Source: Octopus sinensis
Taxonomy: Eukaryota
Length of the DNA stretch: 64,000 nucleotides
Reading direction: 5' to 3'
Assembly: GCF_006345805.1 (NCBI RefSeq)
Contig: NC_043010.1
Location: 7,998,001 to 8,062,000, forward strand
Shown here in pieces: positions 1 through 13,627 of this stretch. Position 1 is the first letter of the stretch. Every line of letters starts with the position of its first letter. A model generated the notes under the pieces. That model was not told the origin of the DNA and did not search any database. It was given only the letters and a program-made list of their open reading frames with translations. The position numbers and the translations under genes are program-made.

Positions 1-2
1 AT

Positions 3-43
<41 letters not shown>

Positions 44-92
44 CATATATATCTATAATATTTATATACATATATATACATATATATATATC

Positions 93-134
<42 letters not shown>

Positions 135-232
135 TATGTATATATACACATATATATATACACCACATAAATACACACCATACACATATATATATATATA
201 TATATATATAGATATAATATATACATATACAT
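1..232. repeat. (TA)n/(CA)n compound microsatellite
   Basis: Direct reading; ORF 4..267 is an artefact of it. Confidence 0.95.
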
Positions 233-670
233 AATGGTAATACTGGGTGCCATAAATGTAGGAGCAAGGAAACAGTTATGTATTTAGCTGGATGATTTTA
301 AAATTTAGACTTTATCTGGATGGTATTATATAATTGTTAAAACTAGGATATACTTGATGACTTTGTTACATGGTATTAAAGTAAAATACCTGAGCTTTAT
401 TTTTTTCCTTTTTTATTGCTCATGAGTGACATGAGTGAAATGCTACATATAACGATATAACCTGTTAGTGCTTGCATTCTTGGTTATAAGAAAATAAATC
501 TGGGTGGGATGTTTTCACAAATTACATTGTAATAGGGCAAGATATATATGTATGTTAGAAATGGTTAAACTCAAAGTAGATAAAGCCTTCAAACTTTTCT
601 ATCAAAAGAGTTTTCAATTCAGTATTTACGCATTATTATTTATAGCCTTATCCACTTTGAGTTACACCAT

Positions 671-714
<44 letters not shown>

Positions 715-722
715 TTCTCTTT

Positions 723-925
723 TCTCTTTTACTTGTTTCAGTCATTTGACTGCGGCCATGCTGGAGCACTGCCTTTAATCGAGCAACTCGACCCCGGGAC
801 TTATTCTTTTGTAAGCCCAGTACTTATTCTATCGCGTCTCTTTGCCGAACCACTGAGTGACGGGTACGTAAACACACCAGCATCGGTTGTAAAGCAATGC
901 TAGGGGAACAAACACAGACACACAA

Positions 926-958
<33 letters not shown>

Positions 959-1130
959 CATATATACGACGGGCTTCTTTCAGTTTCCGTCTACCAAATC
1001 CACTCACAAGGCATTGGTCGGCCAGGGGCTATAGTAGAAGACACTTACCCAAGGTGCCACGCAGTGGGACTGAACCCGGAACCATGTGGTTGGTAGACAA
1101 GCTACTTACCACACAGCCACTCCTGCGCCT
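723..1130 (-). mobile_element. SINE family A (tRNA-like head + CORE-like domain + internal microsatellite + (TAAAAGAG)n tail), full length
   Basis: Reverse complement starts AGGCGCAGGAGTGGCTGTGTGG (A-box-like), has GGTTCAGTCCC (B-box-like) and CTTGGGTAAGTGTCTT (CORE-like); more than 20 related copies in the window. Confidence 0.9.
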
Positions 1131-1499
1131 ATATATATATATATATATGACGGGCTTCTTTCAGTTTCCATCAACCAAATCCACTCACATATATAAGTAT
1201 ATATTTACAAAATGCGCTCTTTCAACAATGTTCTCGTTATACCTTGTTTGTAACTTTTGGGTAAATCTAATTTGCAAGATTTACCAGTTTTTCTTTTTCA
1301 TTAAATATGTAGGATTATTTTTTAAACCAAAGTCTTCTCACAAAATATTAAAGAACCATTTAATTGTTCTGTATATCAGATATGAAAAAATGTAAAGTGT
1401 TTACTTCATAAAATAATAAAGAACATAAGGTAGTATATATACATGAAAATATACATGTATCACAGAAAGACTGATGAAAGACCAACATATAGTCAATTC

Positions 1500-2100
<601 letters not shown>

Positions 2101-2173
2101 AAGCAAACACATACATGTTCTTAAAGCTGTATAAAAAACATGCTTGGCAAAACGTGATTACCTGACTAAAGTT

Positions 2174-2445
2174 CTATGCATCCTGTAGCTTTGGTACTGC
2201 TGGTAGTGGCTTGGAATAAGTGGTAAAACTGTTCTTTGTTGGTAGATTCCAGAGTTGAGGGTGAACATTGCAGTTTCCACTATTTAACGAAGTGGCTTTT
2301 TGATCACTAAAACTCATTTTATTACCAGCATTAGATTGACAAGAACTCTTAGTGCTGGTTGTGGTACTACTAGATCTGCTGTATGTCTGAGGCAAAGATT
2401 TTCTGTCATGCAGTTGGAACTTTTCTGATTCATATGCTTTATAAT
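2174..2445 (-). CDS. Candidate terminal coding exon of an unidentified host gene (Ser/Thr-rich, ...YKAYESEKFQLHDRKSLPQTYSRSSSTTTSTKSS...PAVPKLQDA*)
   Basis: Strong acceptor (T-run)GTAG| at 2447-2446, about 90 open codons to TAG at 2176-2174, non-repetitive and more GC-rich than the flanks; no recognisable domain; a second frame is also open for 43 codons. Confidence 0.45.
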
Positions 2446-2507
2446 CTACAAAAAAAAAAAATGAATAAAAGCTGATGTGATTTAATAAACCATATTTCAA
2501 ATGATGG

Positions 2508-2544
<37 letters not shown>

Positions 2545-3202
2545 GCTCTCTCTCTCTCTTTCTCTCTTTCTTTCTCTCCTCCCTATAATTTTCTCCACAT
2601 TACTTTATTTCTACCTCAACCTCTTTTTTTCTGTGTCTCACATGTTCGCACATACACACACACAAATACAGAGTCCACAAAACCAGAATCTATTTTCTGT
2701 ATTCCCAATTTTTATTGATTTTCTCATCATTCATCAACCAAAAAAAAAAAAAAAACCGACCCCAAATCAAAAGTTCAAAAGATGAGAGAAAATGAATTAT
2801 TCATCAGTTATGTGGACACCAGGAACATTGCAGGCTGACATTATAATGGAACTCCAAAAGCATGTAACACCATACGCTACCAGTGGATCACCAGCATGGA
2901 AGTAAAATGCAATGTTATAATATGAAGAGAAGGTCAGCCTAATATGAATATTTTGATATGACAACCAGATATTTTACCTTAAAGTTGCACAACATCTATT
3001 TCACTTAATTAAGTCATTTGGAATTCTAAAAACGATATCTTGCAACAGCATATTTTTATGTTTAGCATGTAGTACATTGTATCTGTGTGCTTGTGTGAAT
3101 GTGTATATACATGTGTGTGTGTGTGTGTGTGTGTACAAATACACACAAACACACACACACATGTACATGCATACATATACGTGTGTGTGTGTAAAATGTT
3201 AC

Positions 3203-3263
3203 ATGGTAGAGATCTGACTCTGTTTCTGTAGCGTAACTGAATAACAAGCAGCTTGAATCTCTT
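3203..3263 (-). CDS. Candidate 61-nt internal exon
   Basis: Acceptor TTTTTCTGTAG| and donor CAT|GTAACA; all three frames are open, so the phase is unresolved. Confidence 0.33.
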
Positions 3264-5645
3264 CTACAGAAAAATAGAAAAAAAATAAAAATCGCTATCT
3301 CAAGCCATCTAAATTATTTGATTTGCAGGATTCTAGGGTGTTATACGATAGCTAGGAAACATTCGATGCATTTGAAGAGAAACTGTTGAAAACACAACTT
3401 AGAGGTTGTTTAACAATAGAATCGCATTAAAAGAAAATTTCTGAAAAATCAGCATTTATGTGTAAAGTATTAATACTTAAAATAAAACAAAAACAGGGAC
3501 CACGTCTGTCTTCTGAGTAAAAATCAGAACTGTGACACCAACTGTTTTGAGATACATTTTAGGGGAAAATATGCTGTAAGATAAATCTAATTCAATTCAG
3601 ACAAATGTGTCTCCCATATTTCGCTTTCTAAGTGAAAGATAATTTAATAGGTGAAAATAAAGATAAGATATTTACCAAAGGAGATAAACCCATGTGACTG
3701 ACTTCAGCATAGACTTACTGTTTCCAGCAACATCTAGAAGCCTAATTTTTTTTTATAATTTCCAAAACTATTTGAAAATAATTAGTTTATTTCTTTAGAA
3801 CAAATGAATATTTCATCTCTAAATAGCTCTTAACTAGACACAAAAGTTTTTCATGACAGCAATGTGCCTGTATCACTTTAAGTAGTTATCATGCAAGAAC
3901 GCATTTGGCATAAAATACTCTTCTTTCTCAATAAAACTTCCTTTATAGTTCATAATTAAGTCTTTTGCCCACTCCTATAATGAGCCCTGAAACAAATCTT
4001 TAAACCTTGTTAGTCGCATCCCACATCTAGCAGAACATAATCTGTCTACTTCCCTAAATACTGCACCAATTATTAAATGTAATCACTTATTTTGATAGCT
4101 GCATTCTTGCATTAACTACATTTATCTTACTCAATAATTCATATCTATCTGTGTCCATAAGATATAATGACGTGTGATAAGGAAAAAGGTTTTTTCTTCA
4201 GACAATGACTGTGAAATAACTAAACTGACTTTACAATTAAATGCCATTCTCTCGTAATTCATGCTTGTAGATATTGTTGACAAGCAAATATAAAAGTGTC
4301 TTAGTCTCAATTCTTATTAATAAGAATAACAATTTTGATACATTTATATCCTATTACATTTCTGGTTGAATCTTGAGAAAACACAACAGAAATTGCTACA
4401 TATTGCTAACTTTAAAAGACAAACATGAGAGTAAACTTAGGCATAAACAAACCCATCTAGATTTGACTCATGTATTTTAGGATCATGAAACCTAAGTGTA
4501 AAATGGCAAACTCTAGAATCTAAAGAAACTTGCTGATAGTCCATATTAGCAACAATTAGTCTATAGGAGATTTTTTTTTAGAAGAGTTGGATAAGAGTTG
4601 CCACAAGGGAAATATATAATGTTTCAGGTACTACTTCCTTATTGGAGAGTGAAAAGAAGGAAGTGTAGTGTAGTCACTTTTTTATTAGCTTCTAATCAGG
4701 AGGGGTGGCATAATTCATGACACTATTACATGGTGTGTGAGAGTGGTGGATAGGAGGAATAAAAATATTCTCAAAATCAGAGACCTGTCCTGAGTGCTTG
4801 CAAAAAATAGACTCCACTAAAGGTACTCAAAAGGTCAGGTGATGGTATTATACCAGGCAATGGATTAAGCCTGCCAAACTGTGTTACAGATGAGTAAAAA
4901 TGGGGCATCATCTTTAATTACTATTATGTAAGAAATTTTGTTTGTCCACAGCTTGTGTGACAACATCATTTTTTTTCTCTATTCTTTACTCTTATACAAA
5001 AGATATGGGCCTGAAATGAGAAGATTTTTTTTCATTTCTCATTGAAACTGAACTTATTGAACTCTTCAATAAAATCTCCCAAGTGGCGTAGATTATTTTC
5101 ATAAATTTGAAAGCAAATGCAGTTCAGAAATCTAAAATTCATAGAGAGGTGAATTTTACAAATAAAAATGTACACCAGATACTATGCAAGAATAGCAACA
5201 AAACAAACTAAATAAAAAACATTTAGCAAAACTCAAAAGATGTGTTCGAAATAACTTATGAATAAAATAACATTGTGCCATAGAAAATTATCCATTTCAT
5301 ATCTATATAAACAAGTTGAAGATGACAGAGAATTGTTGATAAAAAATTAAATATGGCATTCTATAAATATCAACTATAACAATAACAACAATAAAAGGAA
5401 GAGTCAGATTAACCTACTTGAGAGCAAATTTGAGGATATGAAAACTCTTCTTGATGCTCTCAGAGATATGATGAAATTATTAAAGCTTAATTTTTTTTTT
5501 TTTTTGCTATATTACAACTATATTCAAAGTTTCCAGATACACTAAAGGATAAATGTGCAATATCCATGTTTAAATGATAGCATTTTACTAAGAAAAAGGC
5601 TCTTGTATTTGGTCCAATGAATACCTATATGTACACCCCTGAGAT

Positions 5646-6055
5646 ACTCTTACTCTTTTACTCTTTTACTTGTTTCAGTCATTTGACTGCGGCCATACTG
5701 GAGCACCGCCTTTAGTCGAAGCAAATCGATCCCGGGACTTATTCTTTGTAAGCCCAGTACTTATTCTATCGGTCTCTTTTGCCAAACTGCTAAGTAACGG
5801 GGACATAAACACACCAGCATCGGTTGTCAAGCAATGCTAGGGGGACAAACACACACAAACATATACACACACACTTATATATACATATATACGACAGGCT
5901 TCTTTCAGTTTCCGTCTACCAAATCCACTCACAAGGCATTGGTCGGCCCAGGGCTATAGCAGAAGACACTTGCCCAAGATGCCAAGCAGTGGGACTGAAC
6001 CCGGAACCATGTGGTTGGTTAGCAAGCTACTTACCACACAGCCACTCCTGCGCCT
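5646..6055 (-). mobile_element. SINE family A, full length
   Basis: Near-identical to 723-1130, including the (CTCTTTTA)n tail on the + strand. Confidence 0.9.
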
Positions 6056-6560
6056 ACTAAGTAAATAAACATAACAATTGTAGCATCGTATTGCTTTTTA
6101 ATTTGTATTAAATAACAGCTAATTCGGATATTCAAAAAGGAACACAAAGAATGATCAAAGAAACAAAGGGAGCGATAATGAATTGATTGACAAAAAATTC
6201 CAATAGACTGTTTGTTCCAACCAGAACAGCTCCAAAAATTAGGTGGTTTTCAAACTGACAACCACACCCCAACAAAAAAAGAAAAGAAAAGAAGAAATGT
6301 TTTGCCCCTCTTCATGAGAAAATGAAATAGGGTTTACATCAATATGTTTTTCTTTTTTCACTATTGTGTTAGACAAGTTCAAATGTGTGAAACCATCATA
6401 ATTCCATTAAGCAGGACAATCTTCACAGTTTTCCTACCTCATGACAGACACTGCCTTAAAATAGTGGCTCTGTTAAGCCAAACACAAATGAACCACTTCT
6501 AATACTGTAGAATAATTTTTTTAAATATTCTCGTAGTTCTCTCTTGCTTTGCAGATCACA

Positions 6561-6613
<53 letters not shown>

Positions 6614-6709
6614 ATGCATGCACACATGCAAGAAACTTGTTCTGCCATTGCCCCATTTTCTCTCATACTCTATGCCTCTCTACTCCTCATCTCCCGTTAT
6701 AAAGTACCC

Positions 6710-6957
6710 CCTCCATGGTGGTTCATAGTTTTGCAAGCTGCATAGTACCCCCACTAGAGCTGATGACATGAAAAAAAATACCCTGTACATGCTATAAAGT
6801 GGTTGATGTTAGGAAGGGCATTCAGACTTTAAAAAAAAAACATGTGAAACCATACACACACTGAAGCATGATGAACCCCTTGGGCCAACTGGATCCTCTC
6901 GAACTATCCAATTCATGCCAGCATGGAACATGAATGATAAATGATGACAATGATGAA
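6710..6957 (+). mobile_element. Old family B retroelement 3' part
   Basis: GTGGTTGATGTTAGGAAGGGCATTCAG core motif and CATGCCAGCATGGAA...(GAT)n tail. Confidence 0.6.
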
Positions 6958-7157
6958 GATGATGATGGTGGTGGTGGTGGTGGTGGTGGTGGTGGTGGTG
7001 GTGGTAGTGGTGGTGGTGGTGGTGGTTATGGTGGTGGTGGTGGTGGTGGTGGTGGTGGTGTTGGTAGTGGTGGTGGTGGTGGTGGTTATGGTGGTGGTGG
7101 TGGTGGTTATGGTGGTGGTTGTGGTGGCGACAACAATGATGATGACGATGATGATGA
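6958..7157. repeat. (GGT)n/(GAT)n trinucleotide array
   Basis: Direct reading; the poly-G/V/T ORFs are artefacts. Confidence 0.95.
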
Positions 7158-7450
7158 TCTCAGACAGAAAAATTTTCAAATACAGTAAAAGAATTGGAAT
7201 GTCAATGCAAACATTGCTTCCATATTCTGTACCAAATTACCATTCGCCTTCAGTTAATAAAAACACAGTAGAAATAACTAAGTATCAATCAAGTTCAACA
7301 TGGAAATTTCCAGAGCCATTATTGTTGTGATTATTATTCAGTTCTAAATCAGCCCCGGTCAACAAAGGTATTCAAATTATGACCGTTTGTTTTTCCAGTT
7401 TTCAGGCAAAGTATAATTAGCCAAAGAGTCCTTTTGTTTTTAAGATGGTG

Positions 7451-7722
7451 GCATGTAACCCATGCCGGTGGCACATAAAAAACACCATCCGTCCGTGGGC
7501 GTTTGCCAGCTCCGTCTGGCACCTGTGCAGGTGGCATGTAAAAAGCACCCACTACACTCACGGAGTGGTTGGCGTTAGGAAGGGCATCCAGCCATAGAAA
7601 CATTGCCAGATCAGACTGGGCCTGGTGCAGCCTTCTGGCTTCACAGACCCTAGTTGAACTGTCCAACCCATGCCAGCATGGAAAGCAGACGCTAAATGAT
7701 GATGATGATGATGATGATGATG
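7451..7722 (+). mobile_element. Family B retroelement, 5'-truncated, flanked by a 133-bp direct duplication (7318-7450 / 7723-7855)
   Basis: GGTTGGCGTTAGGAAGGGCATCCAG core and (GAT)n tail; flanks match at 126 of 133 nt. Confidence 0.9.
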
Positions 7723-8093
7723 ATTATTGTTGTGATTGTTATTCAGTTCTAAATCAGCCCCAATCAACAAAGGTATTCAAATTATGACCGCTTGTTTTTC
7801 CACTTTTCAGGCAAAGTATAATTAGTCAAGGAGTCCTTTTGTTTTTAAGATGGTGTAGTGTGATTTGACATAGATTCGGTAGCTATTTTGTCATGCTAAG
7901 TGACCATTTAGAGTACTTCTTGTTTGGTTTGCTTCTTGTAATGTTGAAACCATAAGTGCAGGTGATAAAACAGACCATACTAAAGAGTCATTGCAAAAGA
8001 TGCAATACGCCTCCATAGTAGAAAATCAACAAACTGGTATACATAGTCATTTATCTATTATATCATTCTTGAAACATTATAAATATATATTTA

Positions 8094-8495
8094 GACATAG
8101 GAGTGGTTGTGTGGTAAGTAGCTTGCTTACCAACCACATGGTTCTGGGTTCAGTCCCACTGCGTAGCACCTTGGGCAACTGTCTTCTACTATAGCCTCAG
8201 GCTGACCAAAGCCTTGTGAGTGGATTTAGTAGATAGAAACTGAAAGAAGCCTGTCGTATATATGTATATGTATATATATATATGTGTGTGTGTTTGTGTG
8301 TGTGTTTCCCCCCCCCCCAGCATCACTTGACAACCGAATGCTGTGTGTTTATGCCCTTGTAACATAGTGGTTCAGCGTAAGAGACCGAAAGAATAAGTAC
8401 TAGGTTTACAAAGAATAAGTCCTGGGGTCGATTTGCTCGACTAAAGGTGGTGCTCCAGCATGGCCGCAGCCAAATGACTGAAACAAGTAAAAGAG
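8094..8495 (+). mobile_element. SINE family A, full length
   Basis: Head GGAGTGGTTGTGTGG...GGTTCAGTCCC; tail GAAACAAGTAAAAGAG. Confidence 0.88.
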
Positions 8496-9499
8496 TATAT
8501 ATACGCATATTAAGTTTTATATTTAAGTCCATGCGTTAATGTTTTGGAAACCCTGGAATCAGAAAAACCAACACTTTAAAATTACTAAATTTAATAAGAA
8601 AAATATCAAATAATCTAAAGTTTTATGATTCTTAACAGAGGTGGAGAATATCATTCTTTACAATTCCCAAGAAAATGAGTCACAACAGTGTGTACTGTTC
8701 ATGCATGTCTAAATTAACCACATCCAAAAACAATCTACCTATGTGAAATGAAATGATTTCAAAATAAAAACGAAACAAAAGAAATTGTATTTAAAATGAC
8801 TTTTTTAATCTTTTTATAAAGGAATTAATAACAAAATGATTAGAATTTTATAAAGTATTTTGTATCAATCACGAAATATCTTCCTTTTCCTACTGTTTAG
8901 TGAGAATAGTTCAGGTTTTTTTTCTTTTCAGCGTAGAAGTAATTATTTATTGTTGAACACAAAGCAAACTGTGAAAGTTTAAATCCAGTTTAAAGTTTGG
9001 TATTTTGTATTGTATTTATGAAAATGAGTCTTTATTTCCTCCCATCATGAGTATTAATCTTCAATGTAAAGCACAGAGTGAATGTTTGAATCTAATTGAA
9101 GTATTCTATTTTAAATTGTTGTTTATTTTTTTCTTTCCTCTTCATCATCTGTAGATACATGTTTCATCATCATTATATTTCGTAGGTGCAGCTCATGGAC
9201 AGTTAATGAATTTAAGTCAAAGTTAAGTTTTACAAAAGTAGGTGTATAAGGAAAAATTGGAATGAAATTGTGGTGCGGTTAAAAGATACATACTTCTACC
9301 AAGCAGGAATGGGTTTAGCAACATTTAAATGTTTTCTCTGAAGAAGTTGATTCAAATAGGTCAAATTTGGGACAGCAAGTTTATTTGTGGCAGCATTTGA
9401 TGGCTAGATGTCCTTGCTGTTGCCAACCTTATTTGCTTTCCAAGTAAGGGATTTATTACTGCCCTGGTCTTTGGAAGTGTACAGTGACTGGTCATATCA

Positions 9500-9675
9500 A
9501 CACACACACACACATGCACACACATGCACACAAACACATTCACACACATGCACAAGCACACATACAGACAAACACACACACATACCCAAATGCACACATG
9601 TGCAATGCACACATGCATGCACACACATGCATGCACACACATACATGCACACACACACGTGCACACACACACACA
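9500..9675. repeat. (CA)n compound microsatellite
   Basis: Direct reading. Confidence 0.9.
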
Positions 9676-10179
9676 TTTGTGTGACAACTTCCATGCACTT
9701 TCCATCTGTCCATTATATTCACAAGGGTTAAAACATTTTTTACCTTATACTAATGGCTGAAACTGGCCTTACTTGGTTTTATCATTGCCTTCAATAAATA
9801 TAATTTAATATATTTATTGTACTTAGATGAATTTTTTTTAAGTAGAAGACACCTGATCAAGGTGTCGTGGGTTTGCAAGGTGAAATTCTTAACCACATAT
9901 CCATTTGATTAATTCAAATTCCAGTGTCATTCCTTTGCCCTCCCTGATCAGAATCAGCCATTAGAATAATGATTATTTTTTTCCTTCTTCACTATGATTT
10001 GAATTAATTAAAAATATCTTGTCTCACTAAACTGCAAATATTACAGTCACTTTTCATGCTATGAACATTCCTAGATAATTTCCTTCCATATTTTAATCTC
10101 TCCATAAAAGTTTCAGGATACACAAAAGTATTTTGACACTTAAAGATTAATGAAACAGAATCATATAAAGGATGTTTCA

Positions 10180-10420
10180 CGTCGTCGTCGTCGTCATCAT
10201 CATCATCATCATCATCGTCATCATCATCGTCATCGTCATCGTCATCGTCATCATCATTTGATATCTGTGTTCCATGCTAGCTTGGGTGGGATGGTACCAC
10301 AAAAGCCGGCCAGTCCGAAGCTTTCACCAGACATCTGTGACTGTTTTGGCAGGATTTTTACAGCTGGATGCCCTTGCTAACACCAACCACTCAGCAGAGT
10401 GGACTTAGTGCTTTTTATTT
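10180..10420 (-). mobile_element. (CAT/CGT)n tail plus diverged family B copy
   Basis: CAGCTGGATGCCCTTGCTAACACCAACCACTC motif next to a (CAT)n array. Confidence 0.65.
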
Positions 10421-10530
10421 GGCTCAAACACATTTATAATCTATATTTGTTCCATGCTAGCATGGGGAAAGTGGAAGTTAAAATAACAATAATGATTTGA
10501 ATAATTTCAGAGGGGAGTAAAACCATCAAT

Positions 10531-11112
10531 GGCACTCCACTGGTGATGATGATGAGAGTTCCAGTTGATCCAATAAAAGTAACAGCTTGCTCATGAAATT
10601 AACATGCAAGTGGCTGAGTGCTCCACAGACGCATATACCTATTTCTTTACTACTCACAAGGAGCTAAACACAGAGAGGACAAACAAGGACAGACAAACGA
10701 ATTAAGTAGATTACATCGACCCCAGTGCGAAACTGGTACTTATTTAATCGACCCCGAGAGGATGAAAGGCAAAGTTGACCTTGGTGGAATTTGAACTCAG
10801 AATGTAGCGGCAGACGAAATACCTATTTCTTTACTACCCACAAGGGGCTAAACACAGAGAGGACAAACAAGGACAGACAAACGGATTAAGTCAATTACAT
10901 CAACCCCAGTGCGTAACTGGTACTTATTTAATCGACCCCGAAAGGATGAAAGGCAAAGTCGACTTCTGCAGAATTTGAACTCAGAACGTAACAGCAGACA
11001 AATTGCGGCTACGCATTTTGCCCGGCGTGCTAACGTTTCTGCCAGTTCGCCACCTTCCTACAGATGCATGTACCCTTAATGTAGTTTTCAGGGAGATTCA
11101 GCATGATACGGA
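10531..11112 (-). mobile_element. SINE-D1 3' tail fragment split by a SINE-C dimer insertion
   Basis: 10531-10637 and about 11060-11112 match the reverse complement of the D1 tail at 61540-61667; ACAGACGCATATACC / ACAGATGCATGTACC flank the insert like a TSD. Confidence 0.7.
10638..11057 (-). mobile_element. SINE family C, dimeric form
   Basis: Two tandem bodies joined at GCAGACGAAATACC|TATTTCTTTACTAC; tRNA-like head GGCGAACTGGCAGAAACGTTAGCACG...GAGTTCAAATTC on the minus strand. Confidence 0.88.
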
Positions 11113-11969
11113 ATACAACAACACCACTACATTACTACATATTCTTTTGACAAGTTGTGGTGCACTTGAGCACTGTATACAATAATTTCATTATTATTAT
11201 TATTATTATTCACTAAAGCTATCAGTACATTTTGCAGAAAGACAAAATGAAAACTCTTAGTCAAATGTTCAAAAATATTTTACTGTAATTTCATTGAACA
11301 TTTGCTGTTTGATATTAGAGAGTAGTTTTAATAGCTTCTGGTAATTAATTAAGCTTTTTAACACATACTATTACATATTTAATACACGAATAAAAAAATC
11401 TATAATTATAGTATATAATTAGATAAGTTTTTTTTTTTATTTAATATTTAATCTATTGTAGAAGTAAGGCAAAAATAGTTACAAGTTGACTTACACACCG
11501 CCTGTGTATTTGCAATTCGTTGAGAATGTTTTGGGATTATGTAGAAAGAACACACAAAGTATATTTGAGAAAAAAACAAACGAAGCTGTAAGATAAATAT
11601 ATCAATACAGTTATGTTGTATGTGCAGTATAATTTCAGGAAAGAATATTTCAAAACTGTAAGCCTATATCGAAGCTCAAGATAGATAGAATAAGGACATG
11701 TTTTTTCTGTAGATACAACTGTTTCTATATAAACAAATAAAATAATATTTAAAAGCTAAGAAGAAATCCCCCAGACTTAAATGCATCCACTTCAGCATTG
11801 TTGGTGCACTTAACAGTTAATCCCCAATATGATGTTGCCTTTTTAATCAGTTGTTATATGGCGGTCAGATGGTATCATTTGAAATTCTTAGCTAGAAAGT
11901 GCATTAAGCCAAAGTTAATAAAACTTTTGTTGCTTTTGTTGTTTTCTTAATACTAGTTAAATTGTTACT

Positions 11970-12093
11970 TTATATATACATATATAATATATATATATAT
12001 ATATAGAGAGAGAGGAGAGAGAGAGGGGGAGAGAGAGGGAGAGAGAGACGGACAGACAGACATATATATATGTATATATACATACTTATATAT

Positions 12094-12129
<36 letters not shown>

Positions 12130-12354
12130 TACATATACATATACTATATATACAATACATATACATATATATATACATATATATATATACAATATATATA
12201 TACATATATATATATATACATATATATACATATACAGATATATATATATACATATACATATATATACATATATTATATATATATATATAATATATATATA
12301 CATATATACAATATATATAATATATACATATATATACATATACATATAGATATA
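11970..12354. repeat. (TA)n/(GA)n compound microsatellite
   Basis: Direct reading. Confidence 0.95.
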
Positions 12355-12985
12355 TCATCATCATCATCATCATCATTTAACGTCCGCTTTCCATGCTAGC
12401 ATGGGTTGGACGGTTCAACTGGGGTCTGGGGAGCCCGAAGGCTGCACCAGGCCAGTCAGATCTGGCAGTGTTTCTACAGCTGGATGCCCTTCCTAACGCC
12501 AACCACTCCGAGAGTGTAGTGGGTGATTTTATGTGCCACCGACACAGGTGCCAGACGAGGCTGGCGAACGGCCACGCTCGGATGGTGTTTTTTATGTGCC
12601 ACCACACAGGTGCCAGACGAGGCTGGCAGACGGCCACACTCGGATGGTGTTTTTTTGTGCACCTACACAGGTGCCAGATGAGGCTGGCAAACGGCCACGA
12701 TTGGATGGTGTTTGTTACGTGCCCACAGCACGGAGGCCAGTCGATGCGGTGCTTGCTACGGCCACGTTCGGAGTTTTCTTGTGTGCCACCGGCACTGGTA
12801 CCAAAAAGATACAAATTCCATTGATGTTCAACTATTTTGATTTGTTTTGATTTGATTTTGATTTGATTTTTCACTTGCCTCAACAGGTCTTCACAAGTGT
12901 CACAAGAAGGAAGGTATGCACAGGTGGACTGACTACGTCCCAGGTAGGGGCCACAGGTTATGGCCTGACTAGTCTTGCCGGGTCT
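12355..12985 (-). mobile_element. Family B retroelement, apparently full length, with an internal ~62-bp tandem array
   Basis: (CAT)n tail, GGATGCCCTTCCTAACGCCAACC core, 4-5 units of GTGCCACC...CGGATGGTGTTTTT; 5' region shared with the copy at 55906. Confidence 0.88.
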
Positions 12986-13400
<415 letters not shown>

Positions 13401-13627
13401 TTTGACACAAGCAGTTAAAATATGAAAACATCGGTCATGTACTCTCCACAAACGAAAGCCAAACTTCAAAGGTTAATTTCACAAACTTTTGGAGGGAAAA
13501 ATACAAAAACATGGTTGTAAACGTTTTCTTCAGCTAGAAATTCTATGATTTGAAACCATAGATCTCCACATATATTATTCATAAATATATTATTGATCAA
13601 TGCTTCAGGGTTTTTATGCATGATAAT

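Noticed and set aside
9020-9340. Possible hAT transposase remnant on the minus strand (…QFKIEYFN…, LNQLLQRKHLNVA)
   Set aside because: Needs frameshifts and stops, and the motif evidence is too thin.
12530-12790. CRISPR-like regularly spaced repeats
   Set aside because: These are contiguous ~62-bp tandem units inside family B with no unique spacers, in a eukaryotic context.
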